From NCBI GenBank assembly GCA_017463565.1, contig JAFTOZ010000113.1, positions 1 to 52,074 of the forward strand: DNA of 52,074 bases, read 5' to 3'. The notes below the pieces were generated by a model. The model had not been told where the DNA came from. It made no database searches and saw only the letters and a list, made by a program, of their open reading frames with translations. The DNA comes from Clostridia bacterium. Its GTDB lineage: Bacteria; Bacillota; Clostridia; Christensenellales; CAG-1252. The position numbers and the translations under genes were made by a program. Below are positions 40,920-48,970 of the stretch, piece after piece. Positions within the stretch are counted from its first letter, which is position 1. Each line of letters starts with the position of its first letter.

Positions 40920-43427
40920 TTAGGCCTTGTCCTCCAAGCGAAGGGCTTTCATCATACGCTTGCCCGACAGAATGTTGTACTTGCGCATCAGCCACGAGAA
41001 GAGCAAGTACATCAGCAAACAGAAGGCAATGGACGCGCCGATATAGATGCCCATATTGGGGGTGATGGAGGAGATGGGATCCATATTGAAGAGGTTGATA
41101 TCCTTGAGGGGAAGTACCAAGTCGGAGGCAATATGGATATTGATGGAACAGAACATCCAGCCGATGAAGAAGATGGCGACCATACCCACGAAGATGAGGG
41201 TGTGCTTCCAATCGAAGGGGATACAGACGTGGAATAGCACGAAGAATCCGCCGGCTGCAAGCAGTAGTACGGATACCATATCCTGTTGGGTTTCGCTGAG
41301 GGCGTACGCCTCGGGCAGGAAGAAAAACAGTACCTGTAGGAAAGCAAAACTGAGTAGTATGGTGACCGCACCCGGCAGGGATTTGGATATGGCGTTTTGG
41401 AGGAAGTGCCCTTTGACACGCTCCTTGTTGGACTCCAAGGCAAGGAAGAAACTGGGGATACCGATGGTGGCAGAGCCAACCAACGTGATGTTGTTGCTGG
41501 AGAAGGGATAGCGCCCGATGAACAGGAACAACAGGGTCAGAAGCACCGAGTACATAGTCTTGACCAGGTAGAGGCTGGCGGTGCGCTGGAGGTTGTTGAT
41601 GGAGCGGCGACCCTCGGCAACGATACGGGGCATAGAGGCGAAGTTGCTGTCCAACAAAACGAGCTGTGCTACGTTCATAGCGGCATCTGATCCGCCTGCC
41701 ATTGCGATAGAGCAGTCTGCCTCTTTGAGGGCAAGCACGTCGTTTACACCGTCACCTGTCATCGCTACGGTGTGGCGGTCGGCCTTGAGCGCCTTGACGA
41801 GTTTGAGTTTTTGCTCGGGGGTGACACGGCCAAACACCTTGTAGCGGCGAGAGGCGTCTACCAATTCTTCGTCGGTGGAGATGGTGGTCATATCCACGGC
41901 CTCACAGTTGGCAAGACCTGCCTGTTTGGCAATGGCGGCTACCGTGACGGGATTGTCGCCCGAGATGATACGGATATCCACACCTTCCTCGGCAAAGTAG
42001 CGCAGGGTGTCGGGGGCTTCCTTGCGGATCTTGTCGCTGATGAGCACAAAGGCAATGAGTTCCAATTCGGAAGGCAGGGCGTGCTCGGTGAGAATTTGGC
42101 CGGAGCGTGCGACTACCAACACACGGTTGCCCATTTGGGCGTAGACCTCGAGTTGCTCACGGTAGGGGTCCAAACCCTCTTTGAGAACGAATTCACCTGC
42201 GCCCATCACGTAGGTGGCACCCTCGACGGAGACGGCGCTCCACTTGCGGTCGCTACTGAAAGGCGCAACGTAGAGGGGGGCTTTTTCGCTACGGGGAGCA
42301 AGACGGTAGAATTCTTTGATGGCGTTGTAGGTGGGGTTCGTGTCGGGCAACAGATCCACGAGCGTGATGAGGGCTTGGTCGATATGCTGTCTGTCTACAC
42401 CGCCCACGGGGACTACGTCGTTGACCTGCATACTGCCCTCGGTGATGGTACCCGTTTTGTCCAAACACAGCACGTCTACGCGAGCAAGCGTTTCGATACA
42501 GTAGAGATCGCGGGATAGGGTTTTGTGGCGGGACAGGCGCATAATGCCCACCGCAAACACGGCAGAGGATAGCGCCATCAGTCCCTGGGGAATCATACTG
42601 GACATAGAGGCCACCATAGAGCTGACCGAGTCGGCTACGCCGATACCGTTCCACAAAAACTCTTTGAGGAAAAGCAAAACACCCAACGGTACCACAACCC
42701 AACTCATCAGTTTGATGACGGTGCGCAGGGCACGGAGAATTTCGCTATTGGAAGATTTGATATATTTGGCACCTGCGGAAATTTTGCTGGCGTAGTTGTC
42801 TGCGCCTACGTGGACGACGCGAGCCAAAACACGGCCGCTAACGAGAAAACTGCCCGAGAGAAGTTGGTCCCCTTGGCTCTTGATGATGGGATCGGATTCA
42901 CCCGTGATAAGGCTTTCGTTGACCTCGCAACCGCCCTCGATGATCACGCAGTCGGAGCAGACTTGTTTGCCACCCGAAAGTACCATCAGATCGTCCATCA
43001 CGATTTCGTGGACGGCAATTTCCTTTTCTTCGCCGTCTCGAAGGACGGTGACGCGGGGGGCGGAGATGAGGGAGAGTTTGTCGATAGTGCGCTTGGCGCG
43101 GATCTCCTGGATAATACCAATCAGCCAGTTGATGACACAGGGACCAGCGAAAGCGGCCTCCATAGGCTTTTGGCCAACTGCTACCACGAGAATGACGAGC
43201 ACCAAAACCAAGAGGTTGAACAGCGTGAAGGTGTTGGTGCGGAAAATTTGGCCGTAGGTCTTGGTCGTGACCTCACCGCCGGAGTTGCCGTATCCTGCGG
43301 CAAGACGTTCCTCTACCTGGGTGGTGGTGAGGCCTTGCCCCTCGGCAACGGGGGAAAGTTCTGTTGCTTTGAGAGCGATCTCCTCCGAGGCAGGCTCGAG
43401 GGGAATCTCTTTTCTTCTTCTTTTCAT
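40920..43427 (-). CDS. Cation-transporting P-type ATPase
   Basis: The start is trimmed to ATG 43427 (MKRRRKEI), preceded by GAGGT. Motifs are TGES, CLDKTGTITEG and MTGDGVNDVLALKEAD. About 10 TM segments. Confidence 0.9.
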   Translation of the reverse strand: MKRRRKEIPLEPASEEIALKATELSPVAEGQGLTTTQVEERLAAGYGNSGGEVTTKTYGQIFRTNTFTLFNLLVLVLVILVVAVGQKPMEAAFAGPCVINWLIGIIQEIRAKRTIDKLSLISAPRVTVLRDGEEKEIAVHEIVMDDLMVLSGGKQVCSDCVIIEGGCEVNESLITGESDPIIKSQGDQLLSGSFLVSGRVLARVVHVGADNYASKISAGAKYIKSSNSEILRALRTVIKLMSWVVVPLGVLLFLKEFLWNGIGVADSVSSMVASMSSMIPQGLMALSSAVFAVGIMRLSRHKTLSRDLYCIETLARVDVLCLDKTGTITEGSMQVNDVVPVGGVDRQHIDQALITLVDLLPDTNPTYNAIKEFYRLAPRSEKAPLYVAPFSSDRKWSAVSVEGATYVMGAGEFVLKEGLDPYREQLEVYAQMGNRVLVVARSGQILTEHALPSELELIAFVLISDKIRKEAPDTLRYFAEEGVDIRIISGDNPVTVAAIAKQAGLANCEAVDMTTISTDEELVDASRRYKVFGRVTPEQKLKLVKALKADRHTVAMTGDGVNDVLALKEADCSIAMAGGSDAAMNVAQLVLLDSNFASMPRIVAEGRRSINNLQRTASLYLVKTMYSVLLTLLFLFIGRYPFSSNNITLVGSATIGIPSFFLALESNKERVKGHFLQNAISKSLPGAVTILLSFAFLQVLFFFLPEAYALSETQQDMVSVLLLAAGGFFVLFHVCIPFDWKHTLIFVGMVAIFFIGWMFCSINIHIASDLVLPLKDINLFNMDPISSITPNMGIYIGASIAFCLLMYLLFSWLMRKYNILSGKRMMKALRLEDKA

Positions 43428-43429
43428 AG

Positions 43430-43960
43430 TTACCTCAATTTCTTGCGAACTCTGCAAAGAGCGTTGTTGACACACTTGACGTCGATGGGACGGTCGGGTC
43501 GGGAAAGCACCTCGGCGATTTCCTCGTAGCGGTAGCCGTCGATACGCAACCGCCAAACCGCATATTCCAAACTGCTGAGACGTTTTTTGGCCGCCGCGGT
43601 GGCCTCGGCAAGCGCCTCTTGGGAGAGAAGTTTGTCCTCGGGACCTGCTGCCTCGTCCTCCACAAGAGGGGAATCGGCGGCGGTGGGGGCGGTGCGGCGC
43701 TGTCTTTGGGCAAGGGCGCGCATACGGTTGCGTACGCACACGCCTGCATAGGAAGCAAAGCTGACACCCTTGGTGGCGTCGTAGTGGTGAATGGCACTCA
43801 CGAGCGCGATACGCGCCTCTTGGAGACAGTCGTCCAACGGTACGTCGGCAACACGCTTGGCAAGGGACAGAAGCATAGGCTCGTAGGACACGAGCAGGGC
43901 ATCAACCGCCTCGGGAGTTTTGGCTTGGAGCCATAGGGCCTCTTGGTCGGAAGTCCTCAT
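43430..43960 (-). CDS. sigH: Sigma-70 family sigma factor, SigH-like, short (176 aa)
   Basis: The ATG at 43960 overlaps the rlmB stop (ATGA). Region 2 reads DCLQEARIALVSAIHHYD...FASYA. Region 4 reads LSSLEYAVWRLRIDGYRYEEIAEVL...NALCRVRKKL. Its position after rlmB matches Bacillus. Confidence 0.75.
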   Translation of the reverse strand: MRTSDQEALWLQAKTPEAVDALLVSYEPMLLSLAKRVADVPLDDCLQEARIALVSAIHHYDATKGVSFASYAGVCVRNRMRALAQRQRRTAPTAADSPLVEDEAAGPEDKLLSQEALAEATAAAKKRLSSLEYAVWRLRIDGYRYEEIAEVLSRPDRPIDVKCVNNALCRVRKKLR

Positions 43961-44673
43961 TTGCCTTGGCGTGTGATTTCGTACAAGGCGATGCCGGTGG
44001 CTACCGACGCATTGAGAGAGTCGATTTGACCCACCATAGGAATGCGGACGGCACCGTCGCACAGTTTTTTGGTGAGGGCGTGGACGCCGCTACCTTCGTT
44101 GCCGACCACAAGGGCGAGGTCGCCGTCCAGATGGGACTCGGCAAGGGGTTTGCCGTCCATATCCAAAGCGAGCACGGGAATGAACTGGTCCTTGAGGTAG
44201 CGAATGGCATCGTTGATATTGCCGACCTTGGCTACCTTCATATATTGGGTGGCACCTGCGGAGGTACGAATCACCGTTTCGTTGACGGTGGCTTGGCGAC
44301 GGGAGGGAATGACGATACAGTCTACACCCATACACTCGGCAACACGAATGATACTGCCGAAGTTGTGGGGATCCTCGATCTCGTCCAACAAAAGAATGAG
44401 GTGGCGGGACCCACGCCGGGCGGACAGAATATCCTCTATTGAGCAATAGGAAAACTCGGTGGTGTATGCCATGACACCCTGGTGGTGCTTGGTGACCGAT
44501 TGCTTGTCGAGAATGCTCTTGTCTACGAAACGGACGGGAATACCCCTATCCTTTGCCATACCGATGATGACGGACACGCCGCCGTCTACACTCCCTTTGG
44601 TGACGACGAGTTTTTCGATAGTGGCGTTACCTTTGAGCGCCTCTTTGACTGCATTTCTTCCTTCGATGATCAT
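43957..44673 (-). CDS. rlmB: 23S rRNA 2'-O-ribose G methyltransferase (SpoU/TrmH family, RlmB)
   Basis: An N-terminal substrate-binding domain (GRNAVKEAL), then SpoU motifs (DEIEDPHNFGSIIR, LVVGNEG.G, IPM.G..DSLN). Confidence 0.9.
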   Translation of the reverse strand: MIIEGRNAVKEALKGNATIEKLVVTKGSVDGGVSVIIGMAKDRGIPVRFVDKSILDKQSVTKHHQGVMAYTTEFSYCSIEDILSARRGSRHLILLLDEIEDPHNFGSIIRVAECMGVDCIVIPSRRQATVNETVIRTSAGATQYMKVAKVGNINDAIRYLKDQFIPVLALDMDGKPLAESHLDGDLALVVGNEGSGVHALTKKLCDGAVRIPMVGQIDSLNASVATGIALYEITRQGK

Positions 44674-45074
44674 AACGACTCCTTGGTTTGTGCAAGCAGA
44701 TAGACGAGTCTATCCTGCTGACCTGTGAGATAGAGATAGCCCCACACCGCCTCGAGCCCCGTGGCTTTGTGATATTCGCCCGTGGAGGCATTCTTGGCGG
44801 AGGACTTGGTTTTGTGGTTACGCGCGGTGCGGTAGACGTCCTCCTCCTCGGGGGTGAACAAAGCACGCACACGAGAAAGTTCCTCTGCTTGGGCGGACGC
44901 AGACACCTGCTGGATAGCGAGCCTGTGCAACTTGCCTGCGGCACCCCCTTGGGTGAGCGCAAGGGTGGCGCGCACGTAGAGAGACTGCACCGCATCACCT
45001 ACGTAGGCGAGGGTGAGTGGATCCAGGGCGCGTGCCTCGACGGGGGATAGGGGTTGGGCAAGATTGGGAAACAT
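44670..45074 (-). CDS. mrnC: Mini-ribonuclease 3
   Basis: LTLAYVGDAV RNase III-like signature. Length ~134 aa. Sits upstream of rlmB as in Bacillus. SD AAAGGAGAG. Confidence 0.85.
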   Translation of the reverse strand: MFPNLAQPLSPVEARALDPLTLAYVGDAVQSLYVRATLALTQGGAAGKLHRLAIQQVSASAQAEELSRVRALFTPEEEDVYRTARNHKTKSSAKNASTGEYHKATGLEAVWGYLYLTGQQDRLVYLLAQTKESL

Positions 45075-45245
45075 AGCTCTCCTTTTGCGCGTGGGCGCAG
45101 AATGATAATTCTATTATATACCATTCTAAGTAAGTGTGCAATCGCTTGGCGGATTTTCGGCAAAATATCTTGAAAAAGGCGGTTTTTTGGGGAAGGGGGC
45201 ATATCTTTTTTGCTGTCACATATATTCTTTTGGCAGGGTGCAGGT

Positions 45246-45266
45246 TGTGGATAACTTTGTGGATAA
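45246..45266 (+). promoter_or_regulatory. Two perfect DnaA boxes (TGTGGATAA) in direct orientation
   Basis: TGTGGATAA at 45246-45254 and 45258-45266, which is the reverse complement of the consensus TTATCCACA. They lie in the mrnC/cwlD divergent intergenic region. Confidence 0.6.
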
Positions 45267-45341
45267 GTGGGTTACTGTATGAATTGTATGGTGAAAAACC
45301 GTGTAATATCGGGGATTTTGTCGAAATAGGGGGAAGAAGAT

Positions 45342-46046
45342 ATGTTTTTGGTAGCAAAGGCAAGGAACGTGGTGGTTGCCATCGTGGCGATCGTGGTCCT
45401 GGTGGCGGGCGGCGTGTGTATTGGGCTGGGCGCAGCGAAAGGGACGGGCATGGCAGAGGGGAAAACGGTGGCAATCGACCCCGGCCACGGCGGATATGAC
45501 GCAGGCGTGTCGGGCAAAATGGGGACGAGGGAAAGCGACGTGAACCTGTCGGTGGGGCAGTATCTGGCCGCTTATTTGCGCGGGGCAGGATACGAGGTGG
45601 TGATGACACGTACCACCGACCGCGCGTGCTTGCCTGTGGGGAGCCTGAAACGGCAGGATATGGACGAAAGGGTGGGATTGATTAACCGCGCGAAACCCGA
45701 TTTGGTGGTGAGCCTGCATTGTAATTCTTATCCTTCCGTCTACCGCCGCGGTGTGCAGACCTTTTATAGCAAGGGGGAGGACGAGGCCCCTGCACGTGGG
45801 CTGATGGAGCATTTGAACCGCACCGTGAACGCCCCTCTCGGCAGGGGGTTTGAGGCGGTGTGGGGGGAGTATTATCTGCTCCAAAAGGTGAGGGCTCCGG
45901 GGGTGATCGTGGAGTGTGGATTTTTGTCGAATGCGGAGGACGAGGCTCTGCTACGGGATAGGCACTACCATATGCTGCTTGCCTATCAGATCTACTGTGG
46001 GATAGAGGCGTATTGGGGGGTGCAAGAGACGGGTATGTGGTTTTAG
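45342..46046 (+). CDS. cwlD: N-acetylmuramoyl-L-alanine amidase (Amidase_3, CwlD-like)
   Basis: One N-terminal TM segment, then IDPGHGGYDAG, ESDVNL and LVVSLHCNS motifs. Confidence 0.85.
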   Translation: MFLVAKARNVVVAIVAIVVLVAGGVCIGLGAAKGTGMAEGKTVAIDPGHGGYDAGVSGKMGTRESDVNLSVGQYLAAYLRGAGYEVVMTRTTDRACLPVGSLKRQDMDERVGLINRAKPDLVVSLHCNSYPSVYRRGVQTFYSKGEDEAPARGLMEHLNRTVNAPLGRGFEAVWGEYYLLQKVRAPGVIVECGFLSNAEDEALLRDRHYHMLLAYQIYCGIEAYWGVQETGMWF

Positions 46047-46222
46047 GGGAAATCCGACGTAACCCCCACCGAAGAAGCACTCAAATCAACACTTTGGGGT
46101 GCGTTTGTCCTTCCTTTTGTCGAATTTTCTTGGTACGCTTTAAAAAGAGAATTCGATAGGAGGCTACAAGATGAACAAAAACCGCGTGTGCAGCCACACG
46201 GGCGGGCGCGCAAGAAAAAAAC

Positions 46223-46251
46223 TTGACAAAAGAGCCGTTATCCCCCATAAT
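46223..46251 (+). promoter_or_regulatory. Promoter TTGACA-17-CATAAT, placed 6 nt before ATG 46258
   Basis: TTGACA at 46223-46228 and CATAAT at 46246-46251. The geometry matches 33596-33632. Confidence 0.55.
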
Positions 46252-46257
46252 GGGGCT

Positions 46258-47724
46258 ATGAGTAATTATTTCTATAATCTGATTTCAAGGGAGGAGCGCT
46301 TGGCATTGCCTTTTGTGTCTACCACAAACAAGATGCTGGCGCGCTCTTTTTTTCAATTTGCTGACCGTGTTGCGCTACGTGACGGTGAGCGTGTATATAC
46401 CTATCAACAACTGGCGGAGGTGCTGGCGAATAAGCGTCATACCCTGTATAGCGCAGGGGTGCGCAAGGGAGATACCGTGGGCGTGCTGCTGCGCCCGAGC
46501 CTGGAGCAGGCTGTGTGGGTTTTGGCGGTATTGAGCGCAGGGGCTACCCTGGTGACCTTTCCGTCGATGACGGACGAGGCGCACCTGTTGGCGGGCGTGC
46601 GTAAGTTTGAGATGCGCCTGTTGGTTTCCTCTAAGGATTATCCTTTTGCTCGCGAGGCGGCTCCCTTGTACTTGGACGTATTGGCAAAGAGCGAGGGTAG
46701 TGCGCCTATGGCAAAGCAGAGGGGCAGGGATCGCGCGGTGATTATCTTCACAGGCGGCACGACCGGAGACCCCAAGGGGGCGGTGTTGAGCCATCACGCC
46801 TTGATGCGCGGTGCTTTGAACGGTATCTTTGTGCCACACGGAGAGCAAACCGTATTTGCGACGGCGTTGCCCTTTTCGCACGTGCTTGGGTTGGTGCGCT
46901 CGCTACTGACGCCCCTGTTTATGGGCGCAGAGAATTATATCAGTAATCCTTTTGCGCTGTTGCGTGATTGCAGTAAGGCAAGACCCACCATTATGGTGCT
47001 GGTGCCCGGGCTTGCGGACGTTTTGTTGGCGGCGGCAGGCAGAACCCCTGCGGTGCTGGGGGATCGCTTGGAATGTATTTTGTGTGGCGGTGCGCCCGTA
47101 CCTCGCCGTATCTCGGAGGGATTTGAGGGGATTGGCGTGCATATGTATACCGGCTACGGTATGACGGAATCGGCAAACTCTATCTCGGCAGGGTTGACAC
47201 CTTTGCTGAATAATAACTCGGTGGGACGGTTGTACCCCAAGCAGAGATTGCGCTTCCGCAACGGAGAAATTCAACTGAAGGGCGATAACCTGTTTGAGGG
47301 GTATTATCGGGACAAGGAAGCCACCAAGAAGTCCTTTACACGCGGCGGTTGGTTCCGCACCGGGGACGTGGGATATATGGATAAAGACGGCCATTTGCAT
47401 ATCACCGGCCGTATCAAGAATATCATTCTTCTGCCGAATGGAGAGAATATCTACCCTGAGGAAATCGAGGAAAGCTTTAATGAGAATCCGTCGGTGCGCG
47501 ACTGTATGGCTTGTGAGGATACCGTGAACGGCGAGCCTGTGATTGCGTTGGAGATTTTGCCGGCGGCGGTGATGGCGGACAAGACCCTCGAGGAGTTGTA
47601 CGCGATCTATTCCTCTATGATTGACCGCTTTAACCGCAGTCAGCCCTCCACCAAAAAGATTGGGAAGTTGAAGATCCGCACAGAGGACTTTGAACGCTCC
47701 ATCAGTATGAAGATCAAGAGGTAA
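46258..47724 (+). CDS. AMP-dependent synthetase/ligase (acyl-CoA/acyl-ACP synthetase-like)
   Basis: Motifs IIFTGGTTGDPKGAVLSH, TGYGMTES and GWFRTGDVGYMDKDGHLHITGRIKN. The alternative in-frame start ATG 46171 has an AGGAGG SD but adds 29 Arg/Lys/His-rich residues. Confidence 0.85.
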   Translation: MSNYFYNLISREERLALPFVSTTNKMLARSFFQFADRVALRDGERVYTYQQLAEVLANKRHTLYSAGVRKGDTVGVLLRPSLEQAVWVLAVLSAGATLVTFPSMTDEAHLLAGVRKFEMRLLVSSKDYPFAREAAPLYLDVLAKSEGSAPMAKQRGRDRAVIIFTGGTTGDPKGAVLSHHALMRGALNGIFVPHGEQTVFATALPFSHVLGLVRSLLTPLFMGAENYISNPFALLRDCSKARPTIMVLVPGLADVLLAAAGRTPAVLGDRLECILCGGAPVPRRISEGFEGIGVHMYTGYGMTESANSISAGLTPLLNNNSVGRLYPKQRLRFRNGEIQLKGDNLFEGYYRDKEATKKSFTRGGWFRTGDVGYMDKDGHLHITGRIKNIILLPNGENIYPEEIEESFNENPSVRDCMACEDTVNGEPVIALEILPAAVMADKTLEELYAIYSSMIDRFNRSQPSTKKIGKLKIRTEDFERSISMKIKR

Positions 47725-47728
47725 GAAC

Positions 47729-47956
47729 ATGGATACGTTGGCGAAATTGAAGGAAATACTGTCGGGCATTTTGCCTGAGACCAACTTGGATTCCGTTTGT
47801 GCGGAAACGAGATTGGACAAAATCGAGGGGTTGTCCTCGCTGAATTTGGTACTGGCTCTGTATGAGGTGGAGGCCGTGTTTGGGATTGTGATTGATCATC
47901 CTGAGGATTTGGTGACGGTGGGCGACGTGATGCGCTTGGTGCCCGAGAATGAGTAA
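47729..47956 (+). CDS. Acyl carrier protein-like
   Basis: 75 aa and acidic. The LDKIEGLSSLNLVLAL segment fits a phosphopantetheine attachment (DSL-like) site. Confidence 0.65.
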   Translation: MDTLAKLKEILSGILPETNLDSVCAETRLDKIEGLSSLNLVLALYEVEAVFGIVIDHPEDLVTVGDVMRLVPENE

Positions 47957-48764
47957 GGAGAAGGGTGCAAAATGGGAGAAAGTTTGGGCGCGCTTTGCCT
48001 TGTGGTTGGTGAAGCACTGCATTATGCCCAAACGTGAGGTGGTGCGTGACCTGCCAAGAGAGGAAGACGAGGTGGCGGTGTACGTATGCAACCATAGCGG
48101 TGCGGTTGGACCTTTGGCGACGGCTATGTATATGGACTGCAAGGCAAGAAGCTGGATGAGCTATTGCGTGACCGATAGAAAAATTGCTCCCAACTATATC
48201 TTCCACGACTTTTTCTTTGGCAGACAGTACCGCTGCCCTGCCTTTGCAAGAGGGTTGGCGAAACTGGTGGCAACGCTTTTGATTCCTTTGTTGGAAACGC
48301 AAAACTGCGTGCGAGTGTATCGCAACGACGCGAGAATCTTCAAAACCTTTAAGGAGAGCGTAGACGCGCTACGTGCAGGAAATAACCTGGTGATTTTTGC
48401 CGAAAGTCCCAAGCCGCACGGCAAGTACGTGAATACCCTGTACGAGGGAATTGCCGACCTGGGTGCGTTTGTGTGGAAGGTGTTGAAGCTGAAACTCAAC
48501 TTTTACCCCGTGTATATTCCGCCAAAGGAGAGAATATTGCGCGTGGGGAAACCCGTGCAGTACAACCCCGATTGGAGTACGGACGAGGCAAGAAAAGAGT
48601 TGCCCAAGCAGATTGCCGAGCGAATTGAGGCGCTGGGTGACTTGGTGAAGAAGCATACGCCCATACCCTTTTTGCCAAAAGCATACTACCGCCATTACGC
48701 GGCGGAATTTATGGAGTGTCCCGAGGCGTATTGGCAGTTTGTGGCGCAAGAGTATAGCAAGTAG
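47949..48764 (+). CDS. PlsC/LPLAT-like acyltransferase (degenerate motif)
   Basis: CNHSGAVGP occupies the NHxxxxD position, but without the Asp. An FAESPKP block sits at the FPEGT position. Overlaps the ACP stop by 8 nt. Confidence 0.5.
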   Translation: MSKEKGAKWEKVWARFALWLVKHCIMPKREVVRDLPREEDEVAVYVCNHSGAVGPLATAMYMDCKARSWMSYCVTDRKIAPNYIFHDFFFGRQYRCPAFARGLAKLVATLLIPLLETQNCVRVYRNDARIFKTFKESVDALRAGNNLVIFAESPKPHGKYVNTLYEGIADLGAFVWKVLKLKLNFYPVYIPPKERILRVGKPVQYNPDWSTDEARKELPKQIAERIEALGDLVKKHTPIPFLPKAYYRHYAAEFMECPEAYWQFVAQEYSK

Positions 48765-48813
48765 GAGTGTATCGGGTACGAATGAATTGCAGCATTGCGG
48801 TGCATGCACGTAC

Positions 48814-48865
48814 AAAAAAGAGCAAGAACAGAAGGAAGAGCGTCCTTTTGCACTTGCTCTTTTTT
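48814..48865. terminator. Bidirectional terminator (extended hairpin)
   Basis: Outer stem AAAAAAGAGCAAG / CTTGCTCTTTTTT and inner stem AAGGA / TCCTT. Confidence 0.6.
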
Positions 48866-48970
48866 GTTTGACCGCCCCTCACGATTTAGAGAAGGTAAAG
48901 GTATATGATAATGGGGGAATGAGCGGTTTTCTGCCCGTTTGGGAGGGTTTTGGGGAGAAAGTGAGTAAGT

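Noticed and set aside
45246-45266. Chromosomal replication origin (oriC)
   Set aside because: There are only two DnaA boxes, no dnaA/dnaN/rpmH neighbourhood and no AT-rich unwinding region. The flanking genes are mrnC and cwlD.
45319-45325. Spo0A boxes (TGTCGAA) at 45319-45325 upstream of cwlD and at 46118-46124 upstream of the AMP-ligase gene
   Set aside because: A 7-mer is expected by chance several times in 52 kb on two strands. Without conservation or spacing evidence it cannot be called.
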